The translations under genes were made by a program, and so were the position numbers. A stretch of 64,000 nucleotides of DNA, from assembly GCA_021613535.1 (NCBI GenBank), contig CP075493.1, positions 3,782,001-3,846,000 on the forward strand, read 5' to 3'. This stretch comes from Adineta vaga. Its lineage: Eukaryota > Animalia > Rotifera. The stretch's first letter is position 1, and each line of letters begins with the position of its first letter. Positions 27,701-41,419 of the stretch are shown in pieces. Under the pieces are notes generated by a model. The model was given only the letters and a program-made list of their open reading frames with translations. It did no database searches and had not been told where the DNA came from.

Positions 27701-30700
27701 ACCAACTGCAACTAAACCAGCCGGTACACAACCAACTGGAACACAACCAACTGCAACTAAACCAGCCGGTACACAACCAACAGGAACACAACCAACTGCA
27801 ACTAAACCAGCCGGTACACAACCAACAGGAACACAACCGACTGCAACTAAACCAGCCGGTACACAACCAACAGGAACACAACCAACTGCAACTAAACCAG
27901 CCGGTACACAACCAACAGGAACACAACCAACTGCAACTAAACCAGCCGGTACACAACCAACAGGAACACAACCGACTGCAACTAAACCAGCCGGTACACA
28001 ACCAACAGGAACACAACCAACTGCAACTAAACCAGCCGGTACACAACCAACAGGAACACAACCGACTGCAACTAAACCAGCCGGTACACAACCAACTGCA
28101 ACTAAACCAGCCGGTACACAACCAACTGCAACCAATACCAGCCGGTACACAACCAACAGGAACACAACCGACTGCAACTAAACCAGCCGGTACACAACCA
28201 ACTGGCAACACAACCGACTGCAACTAAACCAGCCGGTACACAACCAACAGCAACTAAACCAGCCGGTACACAACCAACAGGAACACAACCAACTGCAACT
28301 AAACCAGCCGGTACACAACCAACAGGAACACAACCAACTGCAACTAAACCAGCCGGTACAACCAACTGGAACACAACCAACTGGAACACAACCAACTGCA
28401 ACTAAACCAGCCGGTACACAACCAACTGGAACACAACCAACTGCAACTAAACCAGCCGGTACACAACCAACAGGAACACAACCAACTGCAACTAAACCAG
28501 CCGGTACACAACCAACTGGAACACAACCAACTGCAACTAAACCAGCCGGTACACAACCAACTGGAACACAACCAACTGCAACTAAACCAGCCGGTACACA
28601 ACCAACAGGAACACAACCAACTGCAACAAAACCAGCCGGTACACAACCAACAGGAACACAACCAACTGCAACAAAACCAGCCGGTACACAACAACGGAAC
28701 ACAACAACTGCCAACAACCGACCAACAAACCGCCGGTACACAACGGAACTGCAACTAAACCAGCCGGTACACTCACCAACAGGAACACAACACCAACTGC
28801 AACTAAACCAGCCGGTACACAACCAACTGGAACACAACCAACTGCAACTAAACCAGCCGGTACACAACCAACAGGAACACAACCAACTGCAACTAAACCA
28901 GCCGGTACACAACCAACTGGAAACACAACCAACTGCAACTAAACCAGCCGGTACACAACCAACTGGAACACAACCAACTGCAACTAGACCAGCCGGACAC
29001 CAACTGCAACTAGCAGCGCACTCAACAACTACGCAACGAGCCGGTACTCAACCAACTGGATCGCAACCCAATGAAACTATGCCAGCCGGTACCCAACCAC
29101 CTACTACTCAACGAGCCGGTACACTACCTACTGGATCGCAACCTAATGGAACTATGCCAGCCGGCACTCAACCACCTACTACGCAACGAGCCGGTACACT
29201 ACCAACTGGATCGCAACCCAATGGAACTATGCCAGCCGGCACTCAACCACCTACTACTCAACGAGCCGGTACACTACCAACTGGATCGCAACCCAATGGA
29301 ACTATGCCAGCCGGTACCCAACCACCTACTACTCAACGAGCCGGTACACTACCAACTGGATCGCAACCCAATGGAACTATGCCAGCCGGTACCCAACCAC
29401 CTACTACTCAACGAGCCGGTACTCAACCAACTGGATCGCAACCCAATGAAACTATGCCAGCCGGTACCCAACCACCTACTACTCAACGAGCCGGTACACT
29501 ACCAACTGGATCGCAACCCAATGGAACTATGCCAGCCGGCACTCAACCACCTACTACGCAACGAGCCGGTACACTACCAACTGGATCGGAACCCAATGGA
29601 ACTATGCCAGCCGGCACTCAACCACCTACTACGCAACGAGCCGGTACTCAACCAACTGGATCGCAACCCAATGGAACTATGCCAGCCGGCACTCAACCAC
29701 CTACTACGCAACGAGCCGGTACTCAACCAACTGGATCGCAACCAATGGAACTATGCCAGCTGGTACCCAACCAACTGCAACTAAACCAGCCGGTACACAA
29801 CCAACAGGAACACAACCAACTGCAACAAAACCAGCCGGTACACAACCAACAGGAACACAACCAACTGCAACTAAACCAGCCGGTACACAACCAACAGGAA
29901 CACAACCAACTGCAACTAAACCAGCCGGTACACAACCAACAGGAACACAACCGACTGCAACTAAACCAGCCGGTACTCAACCAACAGGAACACAACCAAC
30001 TGCAACTAAACCAGCCGGTACACAACCAACTGGAACACAACCAACTGCAACTAAACCAGCCGGTACACAACCAACAGGTACACAACCGACTGCAACTAAA
30101 CCAGCCGGTACACAACCAACTGCAACTAGAGCAGCCGGTACACAACCAACTGCAACCAGACCAGCCGGTACACAACCAACAGGAACACAACCGACTGCAA
30201 CTAAACCAGCCGGTACACAACCAACTGGAACACAACCAACTGCAACACAACCGACTGCAACTAAACCAGCCGGTACACAACCAACAGCAACTAAACCAGC
30301 CGGTACACAACCAACAGGAACACAACCAACTGCAACTAAACCAGCCGGTACACAACCAACAGGAACACAACCAACTGCAACTAAACCAGCCGGTACACAA
30401 CCAACTGGAACACAACCAACTGCAACACAACCGACTGCAACTAAACCAGCCGGTACACAACCAACAGCAACTAAACCAGCCGGTACACAACCAACAGGAA
30501 CACAACCAACTGCAACTAAACCAGCCGGTACACAACCAACAGGAACACAACCAACTGCAACAAAACCAGCCGGTACACAACCAACAGGAACACAACCAAC
30601 TGCAACTAAACCAGCCGGTACACAACCAACAGGAACACAACCAACTGCAACTAAACCAGCCGGTACACAACCAACTGGAACACAACCAACTGCAACTAAA

Positions 30701-33700
30701 CCAGCCGGTACACAACCAACAGGAACACAACCAACTGCAACTAAACCAGCCGGTACACAACCAACAGGAACACAACCAACTGCAACAAAACCAGCCGGTA
30801 CACAACCAACAGGAACACAACCAACTGCAACTAAACCAGCCGGTACACAACCAACAGGAACACAACCAACTGCAACTAAACCAGCCGGTACACAACCAAC
30901 AGGAACACAACCGACTGCAACTAAACCAGCCGGTACTCAACCAACAGGAACACAACCAACTGCAACTAAACCAGCCGGTACACAACCAACAGGTACACAA
31001 CCGACTGCAACTAAACCAGCCGGTACACAACCAACTGCAACTAGAGCAGCCGGTACACAACCAACTGCAACCAGACCAGCCGGTACACAACCAACAGGAA
31101 CACAACCGACTGCAACTAAACCAGCCGGTACACAACCAACTGGAACACAACCAACTGCAACACAACCGACTGCAACTAAACCAGCCGGTACACAACCAAC
31201 AGCAACTAAACCAGCCGGTACACAACCAACAGGAACACAACCAACTGCAACTAAACCAGCCGGTACACAACCAACAGGAACACAACCAACTGCAACTAAA
31301 CCAGCCGGTACACAACCAACTGGAACACAACCAACTGCAACACAACCGACTGCAACTAAACCAGCCGGTACACAACCGACTGCAACTAAACCAGCCGGTA
31401 CTCAACCAACAGGAACACAACCAACAGCAACTAAACCAGCCGGTACACAACCAACAGGAACACAACCAACTGCAACTAAACCAGCCGGTACACAACCAAC
31501 TGGAACACAACCAACAGGAACACAACCAACTGCAACTAAACCAGCCGGTACACAACCAACTGGAACACAACCAACTGCAACTAAACCAGCCGGTACACAA
31601 CCAACTGGAACACAACCAACTGCAACTAAACCAGCCGGTACACAACCAACAGGAACACAACCAACTGCAACAAAACCAGCCGGTACACAACCAACTGGAA
31701 CACAACCAACTGCAACTAAACCAGCCGGTACACAACCAACAGGAACACAACCAACTGCAACTAAACCAGCCGGTACACAACCAACAGGAACACAACCAAC
31801 TGGAACAAAACCAGCCGGTACACAACCAACTGGAACACAACCAACTGCAACACAACCGACTGCAACTAAACCAGCCGGTACACAACCGACTGCAACTAAA
31901 CCAGCCGGTACTCAACCAACAGGAACACAACCAACAGCAACTAAACCAGCCGGTACACAACCAACAGGAACACAACCAACTGCAACTAAACCAGCCGGTA
32001 CACAACCAACTGGAACACAACCAACAGGAACACAACCAACTGCAACTAAACCAGCCGGTACACAACCAACTGGAACACAACCAACTGCAACTAAACCAGC
32101 CGGTACACAACCAACTGGAACACAACCAACTGCAACTAGACCAGCCGGTACACAACCAACTGCAACTATGCCAGCCGGCACTCAACCACCTACTACGCAA
32201 CGAGCCGGTACTCAACCAACTGGATCGCAACCCAATGAAACTATGCCAGCCGGTACCCAACCACCTACTACTCAACGAGCCGGTACACTACCTACTGGAT
32301 CGCAACCTAATGGAACTATGCCAGCCGGCACTCAACCACCTACTACGCAACGAGCCGGTACACTACCAACTGGATCGCAACCCAATGGAACTATGCCAGC
32401 CGGCACTCAACCACCTACTACTCAACGAGCCGGTACACTACCAACTGGATCGCAACCCAATGGAACTATGCCAGCCGGTACCCAACCACCTACTACTCAA
32501 CGAGCCGGTACACTACCAACTGGATCGCAACCCAATGGAACTATGCCAGCCGGTACCCAACCACCTACTACTCAACGAGCCGGTACTCAACCAACTGGAT
32601 CGCAACCCAATGAAACTATGCCAGCCGGTACCCAACCACCTACTACTCAACGAGCCGGTACACTACCAACTGGATCGCAACCTAATGGAACTATGCCAGC
32701 CGGCACTCAACCACCTACTACGCAACGAGCCGGTACACTACCAACTGGATCGGAACCCAATGGAACTATGCCAGCCGGCACTCAACCACCTACTACGCAA
32801 CGAGCCGGTACTCAACCAACTGGATCGCAACCCAATGGAACTATGCCAGCCGGCACTCAACCACCTACTACGCAACGAGCCGGTACTCAACCAACTGGAT
32901 CGCAACCCAATGGAACTATGCCAGCTGGTACCCAACCAACTGCAACTAAACCAGCCGGTACACAACCAACAGGAACACAACCAACTGCAACAAAACCAGC
33001 CGGTACACAACCAACAGGAACACAACCAACTGCAACTAAACCAGCCGGTACACAACCAACAGGAACACAACCAACTGCAACTAAACCAGCCGGTACACAA
33101 CCAACAGGAACACAACCAACTGCAACTAAACCAGCCGGTACTCAACCAACAGGAACACAACCAACTGCAACTAAACCAGCCGGTACACAACCAACTGGAA
33201 CACAACCAACTGCAACTAAACCAGCCGGTACACAACCAACAGGTACACAACCGACTGCAACTAAACCAGCCGGTACACAACCAACTGCAACTAGAGCAGC
33301 CGGTACACAACCAACTGCAACCAGACCAGCCGGTACACAACCAACAGGAACACAACCGACTGCAACTAAACCAGCCGGTACACAACCAACTGGAACACAA
33401 CCAACTGCAACACAACCGACTGCAACTAAACCAGCCGGTACACAACCAACAGCAACTAAACCAGCCGGTACACAACCAACAGGAACACAACCAACTGCAA
33501 CCAAACCAGCCGGTACACAACCAACAGGAACACAACCAACTGCAACTAAACCAGCCGGTACACAACCAACTGGAACACAACCAACTGCAACACAACCGAC
33601 TGCAACTAAACCAGCCGGTACACAACCAACAGCAACTAAACCAGCCGGTACACAACCAACAGGAACACAACCAACTGCAACTAAACCAGCCGGTACACAA

Positions 33701-36700
33701 CCAACAGGAACACAACCAACTGCAACAAAACCAGCCGGTACACAACCAACAGGAACACAACCAACTGCAACTAAACCAGCCGGTACACAACCAACAGGAA
33801 CACAACCAACTGCAACTAAACCAGCCGGTACACAACCAACTGGAACACAACCAACTGCAACTAAACCAGCCGGTACACAACCAACAGGAACACAACCAAC
33901 TGCAACTAAACCAGCCGGTACACAACCAACAGGAACACAACCAACTGCAACAAAACCAGCCGGAACACAACCAACTGCAACTAAACCAGCCGGTACACAA
34001 CCAACAGGAACACAACCAACTGCAACTAAACCAGCCGGTACACAACCAACAGGAACACAACCGACTGCAACTAAACCAGCCGGTACTCAACCAACAGGAA
34101 CACAACCAACTGCAACTAAACCAGCCGGTACACAACCAACAGGTACACAACCGACTGCAACTAAACCAGCCGGTACACAACCAACTGCAACTAGAGCAGC
34201 CGGTACACGACCAGCCGGTACACAACCAACAGGAACACAACCGACTGCAACTAAACCAGCCGGTACACAACCAACTGGAACACAACCAACTGCAACACAA
34301 CCGACTGCAACTAAACCAGCCGGTACACAACCAACAGCAACTAAACCAGCCGGTACACAACCAACAGGAACACAACCAACTGCAACTAAACCAGCCGGTA
34401 CACAACCAACAGGAACACAACCAACTGCAACTAAACCAGCCGGTACACAACCAACTGGAACACAACCAACTGCAACACAACCGACTGCAACTAAACCAGC
34501 CGGTACACAACCGACTGCAACTAAACCAGCCGGTACTCAACCAACAGGAACACAACCAACAGCAACTAAACCAGCCGGTACACAACCAACAGGAACACAA
34601 CCAACTGCAACTAAACCAGCCGGTACACAACCAACTGGAACACAACCAACAGGAACACAACCAACTGCAACTAAACCAGCCGGTACACAACCAACTGGAA
34701 CACAACCAACTGCAACTAAACCAGCCGGTACACAACCAACTGGAACACAACCAACTGCAACTAAACCAGCCGGTACACAACCAACAGGAACACAACCAAC
34801 TGCAACAAAACCAGCCGGTACACAACCAACTGGAACACAACCAACTGCAACTAAACCAGCCGGTACACAACCAACAGGAACACAACCAACTGCAACTAAA
34901 CCAGCCGGTACACAACCAACAGGAACACAACCAACTGCAACAAAACCAGCCGGTACACAACCAACTGGAACACAACCAACTGCAACACAACCGACTGCAA
35001 CTAAACCAGCCGGTACACAACCGACTGCAACTAAACCAGCCGGTACTCAACCAACAGGAACACAACCAACAGCAACTAAACCAGCCGGTACACAACCAAC
35101 AGGAACACAACCAACTGCAACTCAACCAGCCGGTACACAACCAACTGGAACACAACCAACAGGAACACAACCAACTGCAACTAAACCAGCCGGTACACAA
35201 CCAACTGGAACACAACCAACTGCAACTAAACCAGCCGGTACACAACCAACTGGAACACAACCAACTGCAACTAGACCAGCCGGTACACAACCAACTGCAA
35301 CTATGCCAGCCGGCACTCAACCACCTACTACGCAACGAGCCGGTACTCAACCAACTGGATCGCAACCCAATGAAACTATGCCAGCCGGTACCCAACCACC
35401 TACTACTCAACGAGCCGGTACACTACCTACTGGATCGCAACCTAATGGAACTATGCCAGCCGGCACTCAACCACCTACTACGCAACGAGCCGGTACACTA
35501 CCAACTGGATCGCAACCCAATGGAACTATGCCAGCCGGCACTCAACCACCTACTACTCAACGAGCCGGTACACTACCAACTGGATCGCAACCCAATGGAA
35601 CTATGCCAGCCGGTACCCAACCACCTACTACTCAACGAGCCGGTACACTACCAACTGGATCGCAACCCAATGGAACTATGCCAGCCGGTACCCAACCACC
35701 TACTACTCAACGAGCCGGTACTCAACCAACTGGATCGCAACCCAATGAAACTATGCCAGCCGGTACCCAACCACCTACTACTCAACGAGCCGGTACACTA
35801 CCAACTGGATCGCAACCTAATGGAACTATGCCAGCCGGCACTCAACCACCTACTACGCAACGAGCCGGTACACTACCAACTGGATCGGAACCCAATGGAA
35901 CTATGCCAGCCGGCACTCAACCACCTACTACGCAACGAGCCGGTACTCAACCAACTGGATCGCAACCCAATGGAACTATGCCAGCCGGCACTCAACCACC
36001 TACTACGCAACGAGCCGGTACTCAACCAACTGGATCGCAACCCAATGGAACTATGCCAGCTGGTACCCAACCAACTGCAACTAAACCAGCCGGTACTCAA
36101 CCAACTGGATCGCAACCTAATGGAACTATGCCAGCCGGCACTCAACCACCTACTACTCAACGAGCCGGTACACTACCAACTGGATCGCAACCTAATGGAA
36201 CTATGCCAGCCGGCACTCAACCACCTACTACTCAACGAGCTGGTACACTACCAACTGGATCGCAACCCAATGGAACTATGCCAGCCGGTACCCAACCACC
36301 TACTACTCAACGGGCCGGTACTCAACCAACTGGATCGCAACCCAATGGAACTATGCCAGCTGGTACCCAACCAACTGCAACTAAACCAGCCGGTACTCAA
36401 CCAACTGGATCGCAACCTAATGGAACTATGCCAGCCGGCACTCAACCACCTACTACTCAACGAGCCGGTACACTACCAACTGGATCGCAACCTAATGGAA
36501 CTATGCCAGCCGGCACTCAACCACCTACTACTCAACGAGCCGGTACACTACCAACTGGATCGCAACCCAATGGAACTATGCCAGCCGGTACCCAACCACC
36601 TACTACTCAACGAGCCGGTACACTACCAACTGGATCGCAACCCAATGGAACTATGCCAGCCGGTACCCAACCACCTACTACTCAACGAGACGGTACACTA

Positions 36701-38296
36701 CCAACTGGATCGCAACCCAATGGAACTATGCCAGCCGGTACCCAACCACCTACTACTCAACGAGCCGGTACACTACCAACTGGATCGCAACCCAATGGAA
36801 CTATGCCAGCCGGTACCCAACCACCTACTACTCAACGAGCCGGTACACTACCAACTGGATCGCAACCCAATGGAACTATGCCAGCCGGTACCCAACCACC
36901 TACTACTCAACGAGCCGGTACACTACCAACTGGATCGCAACCCAATGGAACTATGCCAGCCGGTACCCAACCACCTACTACTCAACGAGACGGTACACTA
37001 CCAACTGGATCGCAACCCAATGAAACTATGCCAGCCGGTACCCAACCACCTACTACTCAACGGGCCGGTACTCAACCAACTGGATCGCAACCCAATGGAA
37101 CTATGCCAACCGGTACCCAACCACCTACTACTCAACGAGCCGGTACTCAACCAACTGGATCGCAACCCAATGGAACTATGCCAGCCGGTACCCTACCACC
37201 TAGTACTCAACCAGCCGGTACACAACCAACTGGATCGCAACCCAATGGAACTATGCCAGCCGGTACCCTACCACCTAGTACTCAACCAGCCGGTACACAA
37301 CCAACTGGTACTCAGTCGATAATAACACAATCCACATGGAGTATTCCTTTGGGAACTGAATCGGTGGCATCAAATTTGAGTACGATTGTTACGACGAAGC
37401 CGGCGACGGGCTCCTGTGGAGCGGTTTGCGAACCGTTTGGGGCTCTGAAATATTTGAATCAATATAATATTATTACTTTGGGAGATCTTTATACGTCTTC
37501 GGAAGTGGAGTATCGATCACTGATTTGCGGTCGTCTGGCTAGTACTGATGCAGCGAATTTTGGTGTTCACATAAGTGTATTGCGTCCGAGTCCTTTGGTG
37601 CCGGTTTTGGAAATTGCGAAGTCGAACATCGCAGGTGGTGATATCAGTGTAGAAGTGGGTAGTGTAGCTATTGGCCATTCTTCAGATATTATTGTTCGTC
37701 TTGGAAATGTTGGTTACACTGTCAATGGACGAAGATTCAATGTGAATGGTGGGAATGATGGTGCAACTTTGTTTTATGATTCACAATTAGTGAATAAATG
37801 TGAATGTATATCAAATGATTTGAAAGGTCTTTCCTTAAGGTTGTCGAACGAAACTGCGAATAATAATATTGTTATTCCTACTGCTTCGCCTGGGCCGCTA
37901 AATGTTAATATAAATACAAAAGATTCTGTGGGATTTGCTTTTGTAACTGTTGCTGATGGTAATTCAATCTTTAGTAATGACAACATGCAACAGTTTGAAA
38001 TAAGGAATAACATTGGCGCAACTTGGATTATCTTTAATATTGGTGGTACGTCAATTCGATTCAATAAAGGAAACATTGTTGGAGATTTAGTTCAAAATGA
38101 TTTACGATCACGGGTTTTATTCAATTTTTATGCAGCTACATCAATAAAAATGGAAAGAAATTTTATGGGTGCACTTTTAGCGCCATTTGCAACGGTGGAA
38201 ACAACTGTCCAAATCGATGGAGCAACTGCTGTTGGATCATTGAAAACAAACGCTGAATTACATAAGCCGCTGTATATTGCGCCACCATGTGCTTAA
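18781..38296 (+). CDS. Giant mucin-like adhesin candidate (~6,100 aa). Exons 18781-18848, 18906-19057, 19174-19265, 19317-19440, 19509-19601, 19668-19814, 19867-20259, 20900-38296.
   Basis: All seven introns are GT-AG with matching phases and lead into the T/P-rich frame at 20900. TM segment IFLTILMLILIVSISVLFVI, RRKR site, repeat stalk, C-terminal globular domain, AATAAA at 38454. Frameshifts between ~23640 and ~29750 are probably assembly errors. Confidence 0.8.
21105..37312 (+). repeat. Coding tandem array built from 15-nt units (GTQPT, GTKPA, ATKPA) and a derived 75-nt unit (MPAGTQPPTTQRAGTLPTGSQPNGT), with ~3 kb higher-order repeats
   Basis: Directly visible. 75-nt blocks at ~29030-29750, ~32165-32920 and ~35300-37310. 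Confidence 0.98.
37420..38296 (+). other. Choice-of-anchor A-like (ice-binding-like adhesive) domain at the C-terminus of the giant protein
   Basis: YNIITLGDL..SSEVEYR near the start, WIIFNIGG internally, and VLFNFYAATSI...FMGALLAPFATV...IDG...GSL...ELH.PLY at the end. These match my recollection of the bacterial choice-of-anchor A pattern. Confidence 0.72.
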
Positions 38297-40324
38297 TAGT
38301 GTATACATCTAGTACTGCATTATAACTAATACAAGGATTAACAGTCTTCTGCTTTTGAAATGTTTTTCAAACAACTTTTTTCTTTATCTAGCATTTTTTA
38401 TAAGTTTAACGGTAAAGTACGAAAATTTCAAATCTGAGTACTTTAGCAACCTGAATAAAGGTGATATATAGTATTTTAAATGCGTGCTTTGTTCGTTTTT
38501 TTTATGTTGAATAAATAATAATCGTTAATCCTTGTTAGCAGTAACATCTTCTCATGTTTCTTACATTTCAATTTCTTGATACAGATTTTTATGATGTAAT
38601 TTGTGTCGAATGAAATATTTGTTGGCATTCGAATTAAATAAGATAGAAATATTTCGTTAAGATGTTTCGTTCAAGTCTTTGAATATAGTCATGTTATTTT
38701 GGTTTTGATCCTGTTAATCACTGTATACACAGTTTTGTACATGTTGCTTCTAGAATATTCATGTATGATGAATTCAAAATATGTTCTGATGCTTGGATTG
38801 CTGCATACAGATGCCAAGTAGTTATACGTGATTTGATGCATATGATGTTTCATGGTCTAGAGAAGATATATGCTTGGTTTAGTAGAAAATGCTGATGGTG
38901 ATATATTGCCCTCAGCATTCGATAAAATATGTTTGTTGTTTATATCAAATTAAGTTAACTTAATTATCGTTTTTGTTTTATTAGATCTTGACTGTAACTT
39001 ATTTGAAATTAAACAAGCTATGAATGAATGGAATAATCTAATGGAAAGGACGATAGAAATAGTTATATTTGATATATTAGCATTTGCTAATCGATTCGCT
39101 TTAAGATTGAAACTAATTCTGGATAAATATATGGTTGAATCTGAATTGTGTTCTCTACAGACGGACAAATATTTTATACTCATTGATCTCGACGATCGTC
39201 ACAAACATGACGGAGAGCAATAGTTTATAGTCAAATCAAATAGAATTGCAACAAATAATTATTTTAAGTTAATTGTGTGGTAAATTAAAGAGACACCCAG
39301 ACATATAATAAAAACTTAAAAGACTTTTGGTATTGATTTCATTGATAATAAAAATCAGTGTCGCTTCGTATTTACATTTCAATTGCATATAAATAGTACT
39401 AATAGTTTTTTTAAGTAATCAATATTCTTTCATATCTATTTTGAATTATCACGATTTTTATATAAATAAAAAGCATAAAAATAACACGATCGTTATAGTA
39501 ACAAGAATTTAGTTAAATCTATTAGACACTGATGTTCTCAGAAAAGAACTTAGCGGTGTTAAAACAGTGAAAATGATGTGCAGGAATAGCAATGCTTACA
39601 TTATCATTACCTGAACGGTTTAATGTAATATGTGAATTCTTCATATAATTTGTCGATGGAGTTGTACTTCGATAGATTAAATTAACCAGATGTTTTGACT
39701 GTGCTGAATGCCATACTTTTATACCAGTAAGAGCATATAGTTCTAATTGAAACATCTATTCTATCAGAACTGATATCCTAAGGTAAGCGAATTCTTATCT
39801 TCAGATACAATGTAATGATAATTATGAATGTATTTTCAATATGTAGTCCTCATTTTTCGATTAGACTAACTGATCTCCTCTCTTACATTTTGAAATTTTT
39901 TTCGGAACGTGTCCGATAAAAATCGATTCATACGATCATCGGCTACTACATACGTAAATAACCATGCTAATAATGAACAAAAATATTTCAGTTTAAGATT
40001 ACTCTGAATTTAAACGCTATTTTCAAAAACTTAGAAGGATATGTCATAAACGACTTCCAAAAGTAGAAAATATCTGTTTGATGTTTTTTCTCATTATGTT
40101 TTAGGTTTTCATATAAATTGAGTTTATTTAGCATTATAAATGCAATAATGTATTAAAAATATGTTATATTGCGGTTTTATTAATAAATTTGAATCGCATA
40201 CGTTCTAGTCTGTACACGATTGAGTAATTGGATTATGACTAGAAGAGAAATTTTATATATTTTGTGTATACGTCGTCATCTTGACACACTAGAAGCTACC
40301 ATATGGAAGCAGTATTATAGTAAG

Positions 40325-41023
40325 CAGACATTGGATACTTAGTACAATACTTGGTACTTTTCGTAGTTTGTACTTAAAATCTTAAGTACGAAGTACATTT
40401 TTTTGTAGTACAAGTAAATGTACTTTTACTACGAAAAATGTACTAGGACTTCCCATTTTTAATTAATGCCATGAGCGTCATTTGAAAATACGTTCATATG
40501 AACCTTTTTTCCTGCTCGAACATGATTTCTCACGGATAATTACGTCTATTTGAGCATGATCTGAGAGTAAATGTATCAATTTTTTGCCTCAGCATTTCAG
40601 AGAGTTATCATCAAAACGGTTTAACAAAAGCACGACATTTTATTGAATAAGAAAAAACCACCAGCTGACCAGCATCATAACTTTTTCTTATATAAAATAA
40701 TAAAATGAAGTGAAATAAGTAAGAAACAATAAAAAGTAAGAATTATTAGTAAAATATCTATGAATAAAGAGCAGCTAACTTGAACAAGAGACAAATGAGA
40801 TATTTATCTACAATAAATTTTGATCAAGAACTAAAAAAATTACATTCATATTATGTCAATTATAATTTATATTCGTTTACTTCATAAATGTCACTAAGGT
40901 GTGACAGAAATTTATGATTAATTCAGACGTTAATCAGTTTTTTCAATGGATGAATACGTACTAGATCGGTTATTGGATACATTTGTACTTTTACTAGCTG
41001 TACTTGTACTTGTCCAATGTCTG
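40325..41023. mobile_element. Putative non-autonomous TIR element (MITE-like, ~700 bp)
   Basis: Perfect 11-bp terminal inverted repeats CAGACATTGGA (40325-40335) / TCCAATGTCTG (41013-41023), with dense GTAC-containing subterminal motifs at both ends. No clear target-site duplication. Confidence 0.6.
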
Positions 41024-41419
41024 ATTCATAATTCTATTTTCTATAAAAAAACGAATACGTTCAACTTCGAGATATAACGCGAATGTTAGCACACATGATA
41101 CGTGTACACTTAGAAGCGTTTTAAATAACAATTAAACATATCTGCTATCAATAAAAATGATCGAATATGATCTTCTAGAATGTTTCTATGAAATGCTGAA
41201 TATATTCCGTTGTTCTGTAAATACAAATGCCACAAAAATCTTATTTTACATATTATAGAAATTATGAAACTAAGAGTTACAGTGATTCTTTATTCTGATA
41301 GACGTTATATAGATTATAAAATTAATATGAGTTTATTTATAGAAATCCTTTATATTGAAAAAAGACTTTAAAACATCAATGAAAATACAAATACACTGTA
41401 AAGTCTAAAAGTGTCAATA

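Noticed and set aside
20983-36460. Very long minus-strand Cys/Trp/Ser-rich and VGCVPAGL-repeat ORFs
   Set aside because: Antisense shadows of the coding repeat. They have no unique termini, and nucleotide variation is mostly synonymous in the plus-strand T/P frame.
21105-37312. CRISPR array, satellite or telomeric interpretation of the repeat
   Set aside because: No unique spacers. Unit lengths are multiples of 3 and the array is in frame with unique coding sequence on both sides.
21105-37312. Antifreeze glycoprotein-like function of the stalk itself
   Set aside because: The periodicity is a Pro-rich pentapeptide, not the Ala-Ala-Thr tripeptide. Nothing beyond Thr-richness supports it.
37420-38296. 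Bacterial contamination explaining the choice-of-anchor A-like domain
   Set aside because: It is in frame with the repeat, followed by an AT-rich UTR with AATAAA, and embedded among spliced animal genes. Read-level confirmation is still advisable.
38560-39760. Short ORFs and coding-like stretches after the giant gene
   Set aside because: No recognisable motifs and no consistent splice model.
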